63,196 nt of DNA, filler included, from Octopus bimaculoides (GCF_001194135.2; 5 parts of 5 records of this genome joined end to end with filler, not necessarily neighbours in it), one strand, 5' to 3'; counted from the whole stretch's first letter, positions 1-12,535 are shown. Notes: generated from the sequence alone by a model not told the origin. A program made the numbers and translations.

Positions 1-24
1 TATATATATATATATATATATATA
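1..24. repeat. (TA)n microsatellite
   Basis: Pure TA dinucleotide run at the window start. Confidence 0.95.
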
Positions 25-49
25 TCTGTGTATGTATATGTGCATGTGT

Positions 50-270
50 TTGTCCCCACTAGCACCAAGTATCAACCGACGTTAGTGTGTTTAACATTTC
101 GGCAAAAATCCACGTGGCTTAGCGTTTAGGCAAAAAATGACCCATAGAATAAGTACCAGGCTTTCAAAGTTCCTGAGGTCGATGTTTTGTGCGACTAAAA
201 TTCTCAAGGCGATGCCTCAGCATAGCCAGTGTCAAATGATTAAAACAACTAAAAAGTAAAGGATAAAAAG
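50..270 (+). mobile_element. SINE 3' portion (family recurring in this window)
   Basis: The tail ...CAAGGCGATGCCTCAGCATAGCCAGTGTCAAATGATTAAAACAACTAAAAAG resembles tails at about 49510-49565, 49708-49755 and 51215-51275 (CAAGGTGGTGCCCCAGCATGG...). Confidence 0.7.
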
Positions 271-304
271 TACACACAGACACACACATAGACACGCACA
301 AACG

Positions 305-458
305 ACAGGCTCCTTTCTGATTCTGCCTGCCTAATTCACCCATAAGGCTTCAGTCGGCCCGAGGCTATAGGGGAGAACACTAGCCTAAGTTGCCATGTCG
401 TATGACTGACACTGGGCGAACGTGACTGAGAAGCAAATACCTTACCACACAGCCACGC
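305..458 (-). mobile_element. tRNA-derived SINE, 5' part
   Basis: The reverse complement begins GCGTGGCTGTGTGGTAAGG (A-box-like). Homologous to copies at 3715-3850, 17793-18020, about 47680-47716 and about 51020-51200. Confidence 0.7.
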
Positions 459-699
459 ATATATATATATATACATATGTGTTTATGTGTGGGGGGGGGG
501 AGGTTTTTCAGTATTCTACGTGGTTTACATTATTTTACTTATCATTTGCAGTAATGTGGGGAAATAGGGTTTTTTCTTCGATGGAATTAACTTCCACTAA
601 ATTCTGAGTCAGTATAGCATTCTACCAAATTCTCTGTATTAACGAGTTGTCATGGCGTGTGACGTGAATTGGCAATAATGGCGCTTTCGACGACGATGG

Positions 700-841
700 C
701 TATATGATTTTAAGGATGATGGTGATGATGGTGATGATGATGATAATGATGATGATGATGATGATGACGATGATGATGATGATGATGAAGTAGATGATGA
801 TGATGATGATGATGAAGTAGATGATGATGATGATGAAGTAG

Positions 842-873
<32 letters not shown>

Positions 874-892
874 GATGATGATAATGATGATG

Positions 893-924
<32 letters not shown>

Positions 925-1205
925 GATGATGATGATGATGACGACGACGATGATGGTGATGATGATGATGATGATGATGATGATGGTGGTGGTGTTGGTG
1001 TTGGTGGCAGTGGTGGTGGTGGTGGGTAATGATTGTGATGATGATGATGGTGATGACGGCGATGATGGTGATGATGATGATGATGATGGTGACGACGATG
1101 ATAATGATGGTAGTGATGATGATGGTAATGATGATGATGTTGATAATGATGGCGCTGGTGGTGGTGGTGGTGGTGGTGGTGTCGACGTGGACGACAATTA
1201 TGATA
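700..1205. repeat. Compound (GAT)n/(GGT)n trinucleotide microsatellite
   Basis: Long imperfect GAT run grading into GGT. It accounts for the poly-D/M/H/I ORFs 700-1289 in the track. Confidence 0.95.
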
Positions 1206-1281
1206 ACAAAGTTCAACATTGAGATAGCTGCGGGGTTGGTTATGTGTGATAATGTAACTAAATATATAGAAAGAAAAGAAA

Positions 1282-1395
1282 GAAGGTAGGAGAGAGAGGG
1301 AGAGAGGGGGGAGAGAGAGGGGAGAGAGAGGGGAGAGAGAGAGAGATAGAGATAGATAGATAGAGAGAGAGAGATGGAAAGACCGAGACAGAGAG
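1282..1395. repeat. (GA)n/(GATA)n microsatellite
   Basis: Purine-rich GA and GATA runs. Confidence 0.9.
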
Positions 1396-2785
1396 AAGAT
1401 ACACCTAGATATGGAAAGCCTGAATGAGTTTCAAATCAATTTCTTCGTAACTTTCAAACCAATAATTTGATAATTACGTTATCATATGACACTATTAGTA
1501 CAATCTCGGTATTATTACTGAATTGAGGCATAAGTTGATGGTACACATCGATATATTTGTTTAATGGTTCATGAGTACAAAATTAATAATGAATCAATTG
1601 AAGCAGCGATGGAGGAAATTGCTATCCATTCACAATATAAAATGCATTGAACCTTCTCAGAACAGAGATTTACAAGTTTAACTAAACTCATATGGAGAAG
1701 TAGAACATTAAAATTTGTATCGCTTTTATATCAGAAAATTTCACGTGGAATATTTCTAACTAGTATATTCATAGTTGCCGGTGTACGGGTATATCTAAAA
1801 TTTCTGACATCTCAAAGTTCCTAATAAATAAGAATGTCTAAGTTTATAAAGTTATCCTGAACCATTGATTTTAATGTTTTGTTGTCTATCGTCGGTTACT
1901 AGGGCAGGGTTTTTTTAATTATTAATGCAAATTCCCTGTCTAAATAGATTTATTATTTGTTATATCGTGAAACAATATGCAAATATATTCAATTGTAAAT
2001 TTAGCAAAACCAATGATTTTATATAAAGGCTGTAATAAATTTAGAGACCGGTGATGTATGTTCTAACATATATCTTCAGAAACTATTCAGTATTTGGCTG
2101 ATTACGCTTGAAGAGTATCTTAAAATGTATCTTATGCATTTATTTATGCTAATTCAATCACAATGATTTGATTCTAGTGCATTACTTTAGCGTCGTTCTT
2201 TTTTTTCTTTTTCTTTTTTCATTTTTACGGGTTGCAGTCAAGTGTGGAGTAACGTCTTCCAAGTTGTTAATTGAATATATCGATTAAAACCTTTCAATGA
2301 GCCGTATTATTTTGTCTGCTACATTTTGGTACTTTCAGCGGAATTTTAAGAGACAAAGAGCAAATTGGGGTGAGCCTGAAAGGATGTATATCCCGTGCAA
2401 TGCATTTCAACAACGTAATTCAAACTTGTAAGATATAAATTTAATTGTCAGCTACTATATGTAATCACGCACACACGCACACAAACTCAAACACTCAAAC
2501 TCATATATATTATGTCTGCTTAGTTATTCATATGTGTTTATATTACATAATATTCTAAACATATATTCATGTACATCATACGAAGATATATGTATATAAT
2601 TATATACATATGTTTCGGTGTTTGTGACTGAGAGTCACATTCACTATTTAGGTTGTCCAATTTTTCTCAACCGATGAATGGACCAGCTGAGTAAACATAT
2701 CAATGATGTACCTATAATGATAACCGGAAACAACTGTAAGTCAAATTTACTACAATTATGACAAACATGTAATGACCATTGTTTT

Positions 2786-3338
2786 AACAAGCAATGTTAA
2801 TTCTCTAAATGAAGTATTAACAGTAACTGCACGATAAAGTGTGTCGATAAGCCAGCTGGAGGAGATGTCCTCCTGGGGCTAAAAGCAACAGTAACATCAA
2901 CCCCTAGGGGGTCAGCCACACTTAAGTGGCAATATACTACACTTTATCGTGCAGTTACTGTTAATACTTCATTTAGAGAATTAACGTTGCTTGTTTTCAC
3001 CTTTTCGATATCAGTGAAGAATTTCACTGGAAATGTAGATATAAGATTGCCAGGAGTTTATCTCTCTCATCAAAGATCAGTGGCTATCGAACGCCGACGA
3101 AGGGAAATAACCCTGAAACCCGGGTCCGTTCGTGCTACAGATCATGATGGGAGGGGTAACTTCCCTTGGCAAACAGGACACAGTAGTGTGTCGATAAGCC
3201 AGCTGGAGGAGATGTCCTCCTGGGGCTAAAAGCAACAGTAACATCCACCCCTAGGGGTCAGCCACACTTAAGCGGCAATATACTACACTTTATCGTGCAG
3301 TTACTGTTAATACTTCATTTAGAGAATTAACATTGCTT
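2786..3338 (+). mobile_element. Tandem 347-bp unit with a 57-bp inverted arm; candidate non-autonomous Penelope-like or retrozyme-like element
   Basis: 2786-2842 is the reverse complement of 2939-2995 (1 mismatch). 2838-2992 is repeated directly at 3185-3338 (period 347 bp) and runs into an N gap. A hammerhead motif lies in the intervening segment. Confidence 0.7.
3088..3132 (+). ncRNA. Type I minimal hammerhead ribozyme motif
   Basis: Stem I CGAACG(3088-93)/CGTTCG(3127-32); core CCGACGA (CUGANGA with U4>C); stem II AGGG-AAATAA-CCCT; GAAA; palindromic stem III ACCCGGGT (3118-25); GUC cleavage triplet ending at 3126. Confidence 0.8.
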
Positions 3339-3621
3339 NNNNNNNNNNNNNNNNNNNNNNNNNNNNNNNNNNNNNNNNNNNNNNNNNNNNNNNNNNNNNN
3401 NNNNNNNNNNNNNNNNNNNNNNNNNNNNNNNNNNNNNNNNNNNNNNNNNNNNNNNNNNNNNNNNNNNNNNNNNNNNNNNNNNNNNNNNNNNNNNNNNNNN
3501 NNNNNNNNNNNNNNNNNNNNNNNNNNNNNNNNNNNNNNNNNNNNNNNNNNNNNNNNNNNNNNNNNNNNNNNNNNNNNNNNNNNNNNNNNNNNNNNNNNNN
3601 NNNNNNNNNNNNNNNNNNNNN

Positions 3622-3850
3622 TGTAAACACTCCAACATCGGTTGTCAAGTGATGGCGGGGTGAAAAGCACTAACACATATACACGCACACAAATATATAT
3701 ATATAGATATATATAAGACGGGTTTCCTTCTGTTTCCGCTCATCAAATCCACTCAGTAGGCTTTAATCGGTCCGAGGATATAGCAGAATACTTACCAGTA
3801 CACGAGACCACATGTTTTGGAAGCAAGTTTCTTACCACACAGCTATGCCG
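3622..3850 (-). mobile_element. tRNA-derived SINE (same family as 305-458), interrupted by CA/TA repeats
   Basis: Contains AAGCAAGTTTCTTACCACACAGC and GTAAACACTCCAACATCGGTTGTCAAG, matching the other copies. Confidence 0.65.
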
Positions 3851-3855
3851 GTTGC

Positions 3856-3920
<65 letters not shown>

Positions 3921-4259
3921 GTCTTATGCGTTCCTGTGATAGACTTACGTAGTTTCCTTCTACCAATTTTCACGGGTAGCACGTTAGGCAACTCGACATC
4001 TTAGTCTAGGAAGCTTTGCTGGCAGCGCTCTATATATAGTATTCCGGTTCATGTAGTTCGAATGCTAACTTATCAGGCATTGTTCTCGTAATATTATTTA
4101 TTCTAGGGTTGAGCGCTTACATTGAGTTACTTTTAATTCTCTAAACTAATTTTATATCTATTTTGCGGATAAAAATTTTGAATTGATTTGTAGTTTAAAT
4201 GTAGAATAGCTGCGTACATGATTGGTGATTCACATCACATAACTCAATGTCAAAATCAA

Positions 4260-4610
4260 TATTTGAGTTCTGAATATAAAATATATTCAGCATTATACTT
4301 TCAAACATTTACATAATAAAACATGAATTTGGCAATGGATAATGATATAAATATAGCTACCCTGCCACACACACACTTATATATGAGTTTTAATGTTTGA
4401 ATTGGAAACTTAATTTCGTTTTGTTGTATGTATGTCTCTATAGGACTGATATATAAAGAAGATTAATATACGAGCATAGATTAGCAACTAAAAGTGAATA
4501 ACAGGAATTGTTCTCCATGCTCGTCAAAATATTTGAGATAGAAATACAAGATTATTGATGAAAATATATACCCTAATATTAGAATTATTCAGTTAGTATG
4601 ATTTGTAATT
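4260..4610 (-). pseudogene. Possible decayed adhesion/secretin-type (Methuselah-like) GPCR TM1-TM3 remnant
   Basis: Manual translation across frameshifts and stops gives IILILGYIFSSIILYFYL (TM1-like), YSLLVANL (TM2-like) and CGRVAIFI/HY/AKFM..M*MFESIML (resembles TM3 consensus CxxxAxxxHYxxLAxFxWMxxEg). AT-rich sequence easily mimics hydrophobic peptides. Confidence 0.25.
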
Positions 4611-6144
4611 TCATGAAATATTTATTTGCAAGCAAATTTTATCGTTTTACTCAGGGCAACATTTAGTACTTCTCCGCATGATATACAAAATTTATTCAAA
4701 GTTCAGAAAAGATAACTTTTCTCAAATGTTATGGCATTTGGAAACGTTGTTACAACTTAATAATAAGGATGAATGAAGTATATTTGAATAAACTCTTAAT
4801 CGAAACGTGTCCAACAAGTCTTAGGTAAGAAAAGATTGGGGCGGTAATGAAACATATAAGAGGTAATTCTAAACCGATTAATAATAATGTATTAAGAGGA
4901 ATTCTGATTAGTTGACAAACCTCATTGTGGACATGTTGAACCATTTAATGCATTTCTCGAACGGATTTTCTTTATTTGTATTGGTAATGAGAGATCTGTT
5001 CTATGTTTAAATGAGTGTTTAGTACTTCCCATAGCGGATTAGGAAGGCGAGCAATGATTATGGCACATCACACTGTTTTTCTTCAGACTGTGTATCATTA
5101 CTTAATATATTTTCAAATAGCTGATCAGCTAAACCTCAAGTCTATAGTAACTCCAGTTTCAAGAGCCCAGAATTGGTTACATTCCACTCAACACATTGTT
5201 GGTTGTAGAGTTTATATTGAATTGACACACATTCATTATCGGCTGCATTACCTACCTATTATACATTTACGTTTTAAGTTACGAGATTACAAGAGCATTT
5301 TAGAGTTACAAGAATACTTGCACAAATACCTTGTTATTAAAATCAGTCACGAGCAACACTGCCGATGGCAACTAAAATAAAAAAAGAGAGTATATCCTCA
5401 TGAAATCCTGCAACCAGAGCTTCAATACAACCATGAGTAATCTTTTTTTCCATTGGTTGTTTAACTACTAACGTTTAAACTTCAAGGTTTTTCATAAAAT
5501 ATTTTTTTGTTTTGTCCATTGTTATAAATCTATATGTTATGTCTACTTTTACGTCTTGTTTCCCTGTGACATTTCTATTCACTGTTAGGGCTTTTTGTGA
5601 CTGAAATATTGAATACAATTTCCTTTATTCATTTAACAGTATTTTCATCTGTTTTTACTCTCGCATATTTTCTTAACATTGCTTCAAGCAAATTAAAATA
5701 TTCTACATAAATATTTTTTGTTGACATACGATTTAACATCCAAATATTTGCCAAAAATTTAAAGGAAATACAGAGAAGAAACTCTAACAAATGAATGCTC
5801 TTTCGTATAGCAATTTTTGAAGCCGATCACATTGATGAATGTTGTTCGTCTCCATTTATGATGAAAACACAAACTCTCGTCATCCATAATATATAAATCG
5901 TGTTCCATTACATATATATAGGGTTTCGAATTTTTGTGAATGTTTATAGAATAATACATCAGTTGAATAAAGTTAAATTAGCACTTTCATAATAATGTAA
6001 TCATGAACTTTCAAATGTGGTCAACTGACAGTTGAGTTCTTAAAGAACACTCCAAATTTTATGAGCATTACAAAATATTTTTTAAATTTTGAAATACCAC
6101 AAAAAAACGTAAAAAGAAAACCATGTTTTAACTTTATTCAACTG

Positions 6145-6175
6145 ATACACACACACACACGCACACACACACACA

Positions 6176-6222
<47 letters not shown>
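6145..6222. repeat. (CA)n microsatellite
   Basis: Near-perfect CA run. Confidence 0.95.
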
Positions 6223-6229
<7 letters not shown>

Positions 6230-6476
6230 ATAGGAATTGTGTGTACAAATAGATGTGCGACAGCTTCTGGAAAGTTTAGTGCTACACGTACATTTTGATA
6301 AACCAATCTGCTTCCTTTATTCTTGTTAAGTAACTTCTATACTCTGTAATATTACTAGTTATGAGCTACAGAGTAAAGGTAGGAGAAATACGAATAAACA
6401 AAAGTTAATATTCTAGTTGCTACGCGCGTTTCACCGTTATGGTTGTTTGGAGCCTGTCAAAAAGACTTCCAAACAA

Positions 6477-7290
6477 TCATGATGAGGAGAGGCACATAGG
6501 AATAACAGTTCTAGATGATATTGCTTTTATCTGTTTATTGATAATGTGTTTTAGCTTATTTTGTAGTATGGTGGCCTTTTCTGGATTTTGAATATCCATC
6601 AATATTATCAATATTTTTGTATCATCTGCGTAACATGTGGGGTTGACTGAGTGCTGCTGCGAGCTTATACATGATAGGGTGATGCGTGATGATAAATAAT
6701 GATGGTATAAGAATTGTGACACGAGGGACACCACTTATTACAAATGACGTGGTAGAGAAAAAAAACCGTTGGCAGCAACAAATTGATTCCTATCTCTTAA
6801 TTATTATTCTTCGAGCTTTACTACGGTACCAAGACCTTTTATCTAGTTAGAGAGACTATGATTTGTTGCAGGAAAAAGTATTTAGAGGCATCGAAGAGAG
6901 CATTCCTAAATCTCCAGTTGAACTGTTTTGTGTCATGTTGGATATAACGTCCAGGCCAGCTGAAACTAAGAAAATTAAGTCCTGTATTAAAAGTACATTG
7001 GCCTCTGAGTTGCTAAGACATAGGATTCCACTAATCAGTGATAAAGAATCCCTCAAGTGATCTCCTTTGTTAACTGCATTAGGAGGACAGTAGGTAATGA
7101 CTATGATCAATTTGAGATCGATAACATGCATTATTACTACATCTACTTTTCCTAAATTTTCTTCTATTTCATCAAATAGCCTTTTGGACATATTTTTTTT
7201 ATATACATCAGTAACCACATCCACACCGGTAATATTTTCGCGATATATTGCATAGATGTTGTTCTTTTTTTCCCAAATAAACTGCACTTC
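6477..7290 (-). mobile_element. Decayed CR1/L2-group LINE remnant (APE fragment juxtaposed to RT fragment)
   Basis: ORF 6477-6734 contains YADDTK (RT catalytic motif typical of CR1/Jockey-group LINEs). ORF 6856-7287 contains ITYCPPN, resembling the APE motif xYRPP. Most of the intervening ORF2 is missing. Confidence 0.6.
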
Positions 7291-7414
7291 ATATTCGAGG
7301 TACTGATGAAACTATAGGCACCCAACTACGAGTCCAGTGCCTCTTATAGCAGAAACATCTGTAAGCTAATGCAGTTCATAGCATTTCTATCGTTATATAT
7401 GAATATGTGTATAC

Positions 7415-7456
<42 letters not shown>

Positions 7457-9002
7457 NNNNNNNNNNNNNNNNNNNNNNNNNNNNNNNNNNNNNNNNNNNN
7501 NNNNNNNNNNNNNNNNNNNNNNNNNNNCCACGAAAATCCCCAGTCACATTTTTGATAAATTGAATTTAATTGAGTTTTTACCTGTAAATAGGGAGAGAGA
7601 TAGAGAGAGAGAGAGAGAGAGGGAAAGAAAGAAAGAAAGAGAGATAGAGAGAGAGAGAGAGGGAAAGAAAGAAAGAAAGAGAGATAGAGAGAGAGAGATG
7701 GATATAGATGCATAAACAGTGTATCTGTATATTTACATTCATAGACAGATATACATATACATACACACACGGACCCGCACACACACGCACACATACGCAC
7801 ACATATGCATATGTATGCATTTGCATATACTCACACACAGACTCAAATTATGCAGACATCGACCGCCTGTCAGAAAAGAATATGTGACCACCTGGGTTGC
7901 TGGAGATTTGGCTATTATTTCTTTTACATCGAATGACGTTAGAGTGAATCTATATTTCCACATCAGTATGATGCGAGTAGAAGGCAAGAAGCGTAATACA
8001 TTTCTTTGTTTTCTTTCTTCTCTACGTGCGATATTGAATCGGTTACGACTAAACTCTATCATTACAAATGCCAGTAAGAGGATAACCAATATCAGACAAA
8101 CAGGAATTACAAAAATGGGTTGAATGTGGCGTGTGTGTACTATATGAACTAGAGTAAATGGGTTTCCTTTCCTAGAATTATCCTTACCCAAGAGACAACA
8201 AAACCCATGTGATTGGAGGATTAACTGCAAATCTTCTGTCACTTGCAGTAAAAAGAACAGAAAATATAAAGCAACTAATCTAATTATATTTCCAATAGTG
8301 GATATTGTAAGCAATTTAAGGTTAATGTAAGAACAAATACAGACTTAACGGATGATTGTTTTTGTTGTTCTTTTACTGAGTGTGTACGTGGTTGTGTGTA
8401 TGCTTATATGTGTACGTGTATATGTGTCTTTGTGCAAAACAGTCAATAAAGCCTGCTATTCCCAACTGTTACACTGGCGTGACGTCAGCTAATTCTGTTT
8501 AAAACCTCGCTATGTTTGCCGTCAATTAACCCATGTCTTTTGAGCGCTTAGGAAAAGAAACAAACTATAAAAAAATTCAGTTTTCTTTTAATTTTCCTCT
8601 TTCTATTTTTTTTTTCCTTTAATAATATCAATGGTAGTTTTCTTCGATGCGATTTAAGGTTCGGAAATTTTAAAATAATCTAGTTAAAACAGTTGGAATC
8701 TATGTAATTTTTGAAAAAATGTTTCCCTCTCGCCAACTCTCTCCCTCTCACACTCTCTCGCTCCTCCCCTCTTTCTCTCAATATACACACTCACGTGCAC
8801 ATATACATAAACGTGCAGGCACGCACACGTACACGTACGTATAGACACACACGTATAGGTGTATACACATACTTGCTAACACACGCACACACATACACAA
8901 TCGACTAGATAAATAATATTTAGGTTTGTATGTTCATTGTGTCATTCACTCTCGTCTCTCCTCCATAATATGACATTGATTGTGTGTGTATATATATATA
9001 TA

Positions 9003-9091
9003 TATGGGAGAATGTACGAAAAGAAACAACAGACGAGGACAGGTGGTGTAAACAACAAAAAGATGTATTAGTATGACGCTCGGGAATACGT
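9003..9091 (-). mobile_element. Truncated copy of the repeat that carries a hammerhead motif at 47.9 kb
   Basis: AACAGACGAGGACAGGTGGTGTAAACAACAAAAGATGTATTAGT is nearly the reverse complement of 47990-48050. Both copies abut (TA)n. Confidence 0.7.
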
Positions 9092-9219
9092 ATCTCTGCG
9101 TATGTATGCATTCAAACATTCTTGTATACAAATATATACACATACATACACACACACACTCACACACACATAAACACACGCACACATGGACTCACACACA
9201 TACACACTTAAATATGTGC

Positions 9220-9272
<53 letters not shown>

Positions 9273-9566
9273 AGAAGTGGGAGGCAAAAGGAGATGCGGA
9301 GCTGCCGAGCAGCAGCAAAAACGTCAAATATTTCACGTTTTTCTTTTTTTTTTTTTTTTTTTTTTTTTTTGCATGTTGCTTTGTTGTATGAGAAAGGAAA
9401 GAAAATCACGCCACGAATTCATTAGAACTTCACCTTGCTAATTATTATATATGCAGTGAATGCCACAAATTCAGTCTTTTGTCCCATAAATGACATTCAA
9501 AAGCCCTTCACTTTCAACGTGAAGTGGTATGTGTTCAATTAAATTAGGAAAGTTATGTACAGCTTC

Positions 9567-9787
9567 TATGAGGGGTTACTGAAAAGTTCCTCACTTTAAG
9601 GGTGTCGCGAAAGGCCTGGTTGGAGTGCCAATGTTTCGTGTTCTTTCATGGAGTTAGGAAAAAAATGAAGGACCGTTGCAATTACTGTGTGAATGTGAGA
9701 GAATATATGTCGAGCAAAATGAAAATTATCTGACCCTCCTCTATTTCTTTTTACCCAAAGCCATGAACTTTTCAGCCCGCCGTCATA
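9567..9787 (+). mobile_element. Mariner-derived MITE / internally deleted element
   Basis: Imperfect terminal inverted repeats TATGAGGGGTTACTGAAAAGTTCC... / ...GAACTTTTCAGCCCGCCGTCATA, with TA at both ends. The internal KDRCNYCVNVRE(G)YVE resembles the mariner C-terminal RWxKCxxxxGEYVE. Confidence 0.65.
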
Positions 9788-10680
9788 GACGTTTCATCTC
9801 TATATCTTACTATCGTATAATTACAGCCAACACAAATAGAGAAACACCTTTAAAGATATTTCGTTTAATTTAAAACTGTTTCTTATACTGTTTATTCGAC
9901 CCTCTAGAATTCTTTTTGAAAATCTGATACATATGGCTAGGAGTCGTTTGATCATAAGATTTCTTTCGTAGGACTGACTCAAACAACGGAAGCAATTAAA
10001 ATCTTTCTATGACGTGTTGCATGATTGCTATTTCAAATATCGCAATAATTCTTCAGTGGGTGCCCTATGAAAGTTTAAACCAACTTTTTCCGATGCATGA
10101 TAAACTGCACTTATGCTTCGCTTTGTAGATATTCTAGTAACTTTATCGAACTTTCATTTCAGTATGTGAAGCGTTTGAAGTCTTATCTTTGTATACGTTA
10201 CATAGGCATGGACAGATGATACTTAAGTAGGTTTAAAGTTAATTTTTGACGGTTTCTTTTGGAAACGTGATCACCTCTGCGGGGTGGGGGGGATATTACG
10301 TTTCGCCTGGTTCACAGTATATTGAGTTCTTTTAACAGTGTACGTCTTTACCCTTTTTGTTACCATATTTCTGCTGAGATGTTCTGCATTTCTTTCAATT
10401 AATCTCACGTATAACAAAGAATTTAGGAAAATAACTTAGTTATCATAAGCTAGCCTTAGAAACATAAACGGCAACTAAGGTTTGGTGGAAGACTTTAATT
10501 CAGAACTTCTGAAAACTAAACGTTTGAGGCAGTTTCAGCCGGACTGCTATCAAAAAGGTTAAAAAGATTTCTTCTGGAAGAAATAGCACAGTTTCTGGCG
10601 TTTGAATAATACACATACTTTAATTATGTCGTATTGATAATGTTTATATAGGTATATGTATTGTTTTATGTATATTTATA

Positions 10681-10905
10681 TGCAGTGATCTCTCGCCATA
10701 TCGAGGTCCACATATCGTGGCTTATTATTTAAGCTTACATCGATTCCTCCATGGTGTTGTTTTGCTTTCATAATAAAATAAATATATACAAATTATAAAA
10801 AATAATTAAAAGAAAATATATAGTACATTACTGTTTCTACTTCGCGGTTTTCACCTCTCGCGGTGAGTTTTGGAACGTAACACCTGCGATAATTGGGGGA
10901 TTATC
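10681..10905. mobile_element. Tigger/pogo-like MITE
   Basis: Ends resemble Tigger-type TIRs: CAGTGATCTCTCGCCATATCG... and ...GGAACGTAACACCTGCGATAATTGGGGGATTA, around an AT-rich interior. Confidence 0.5.
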
Positions 10906-11485
10906 CACGATTTCAATATAAATTTCATTTGCAATTTACGATAAAGGTATATGGTATGTGACGTATCATAGTTTTCAGACTTTGTTTCATACATCACACT
11001 TTATTTTTATGAATGAATATCTTGAAAGGTTGAAACTTTACAACCAAGTCATGAATATATATATGTTTGAAAATGATTTCGGTGATCCTAAGGATAAAGA
11101 TATTTGCTAATGCCTTTGTTAGATGTTAACCTTTAGAACGCAAATATATGAAATCTTTTTTTATAGATATATTTTTGTTTCCACGTCAAGATTCATACAT
11201 ATTTCACAGCAATTTACATAGGATATATTCACTTTAGAATTGAATGCTTACTTGAAAACTTTGATATCAGGATACAAATTTCAATGATTGTAGTTTGATA
11301 AAGGTGACCTTATATCAAAGATTTTTTTTTTTTATCGAATGTAAGTTCTATTGAATAATGTTTGCGTCAAGCAATATTTGGAGTTAGATAACCTTTTTCA
11401 ACCAAGTGTTTTCTGATCAGGTTTCGTTAATATCGTTGATAGTACGGCGCATACATGAGTGTGTCAGTGAGTGTGTGTGTGTATT

Positions 11486-11531
<46 letters not shown>

Positions 11532-11804
11532 AAGTAAAAAGTATGTATAAACAGAGATAGAGAGAGAGAACGACAACAGCCAAGAATAAAAGTGACTTTA
11601 TTGATTAAAATGAAAGGCACTAATGTATCTATGTAGATGTATACATTGGGTGGAGAGCGAGAAAGGCATATTATGCATATGTGCTTCTATCAAGGAGATC
11701 TCCATAACAAATTTGTCTTTGGGAGAGTATCGAAAAACATCAAAGAGTCAAAAAAATAGATACCAATTTCAAACACTCAAGATAGTGATGATGGTGATCT
11801 TGTT

Positions 11805-11805
11805 G

Positions 11806-11861
<56 letters not shown>
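11805..11861. repeat. (TAT)n microsatellite
   Basis: Perfect TAT run. Confidence 0.95.
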
Positions 11862-11863
<2 letters not shown>

Positions 11864-12094
11864 CTACGAATTCTTAAGACGTGTTTTCAATCACTCGAAG
11901 TTGGTGCAGCTTAAAACATATATTAACACTGGTTTGGTCCGTTTTTTTATTATTTATTTTATTCCAAGTTGTCAATAGAAACACCAAGAATCTGTTACTA
12001 GTTTTCTACGGTCGTTTAACCCCTGTAGGGACAATATTCAGCCCACAACATGAGTTCAGTGAGCATCTATATCTCTAATTCAATTTAATCAAAG

Positions 12095-12387
12095 ACAACT
12101 CAACAAGATGGCGGAGCGCGTCTTGAAAGAGTTGAGAAAGAAACAAAAGAACCCTTCCCACGAATCTGGTGAATGCTAAAAATTTCCTTCCCCTTCCATA
12201 TGTTACTGGCAATAATACAGGTGAAGGGGAGGAGAAAAACGAAACTGTTGCGGTACAAGGTCCACTTCATGATACCAGCTGTGGTATCAGTAGCAGCAGC
12301 AGGCGCAACAGTGAGAGTAGTAGCTGTAGTAGTAGTGGCTGCAACAACAGCAACGAAACTGCCAGTAATTGTAGCGGCTGTAGCGAT

Positions 12388-12420
<33 letters not shown>

Positions 12421-12499
12421 AGCAAAAGTCACAACAGCAACAACAACAAACCTAATATCAATAACACCGACATGAACAAAGACAACAAGGACAACGGCA

Positions 12500-12535
<36 letters not shown>

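Noticed and set aside
700-1289. Overlapping 86-169 aa ORFs of poly-I/H/D/M/S
   Set aside because: They are translations of a (GAT)n microsatellite, open in several frames on both strands. The same applies at 17.4-17.8, 25.7-26.6 and 27.3-28.2 kb.
2600-2660. Minus-strand GAAACATATGT palindrome with a GTGAC/GTCAC hairpin resembling a hammerhead
   Set aside because: The core position reads CTAAATA rather than CTGANGA, and no stem I pairing is possible.
12104-12114. YY1-like motif CAAGATGGCGG as a LINE promoter element
   Set aside because: It coincides with the probable ORF1 start codon context, so a separate regulatory role cannot be supported.
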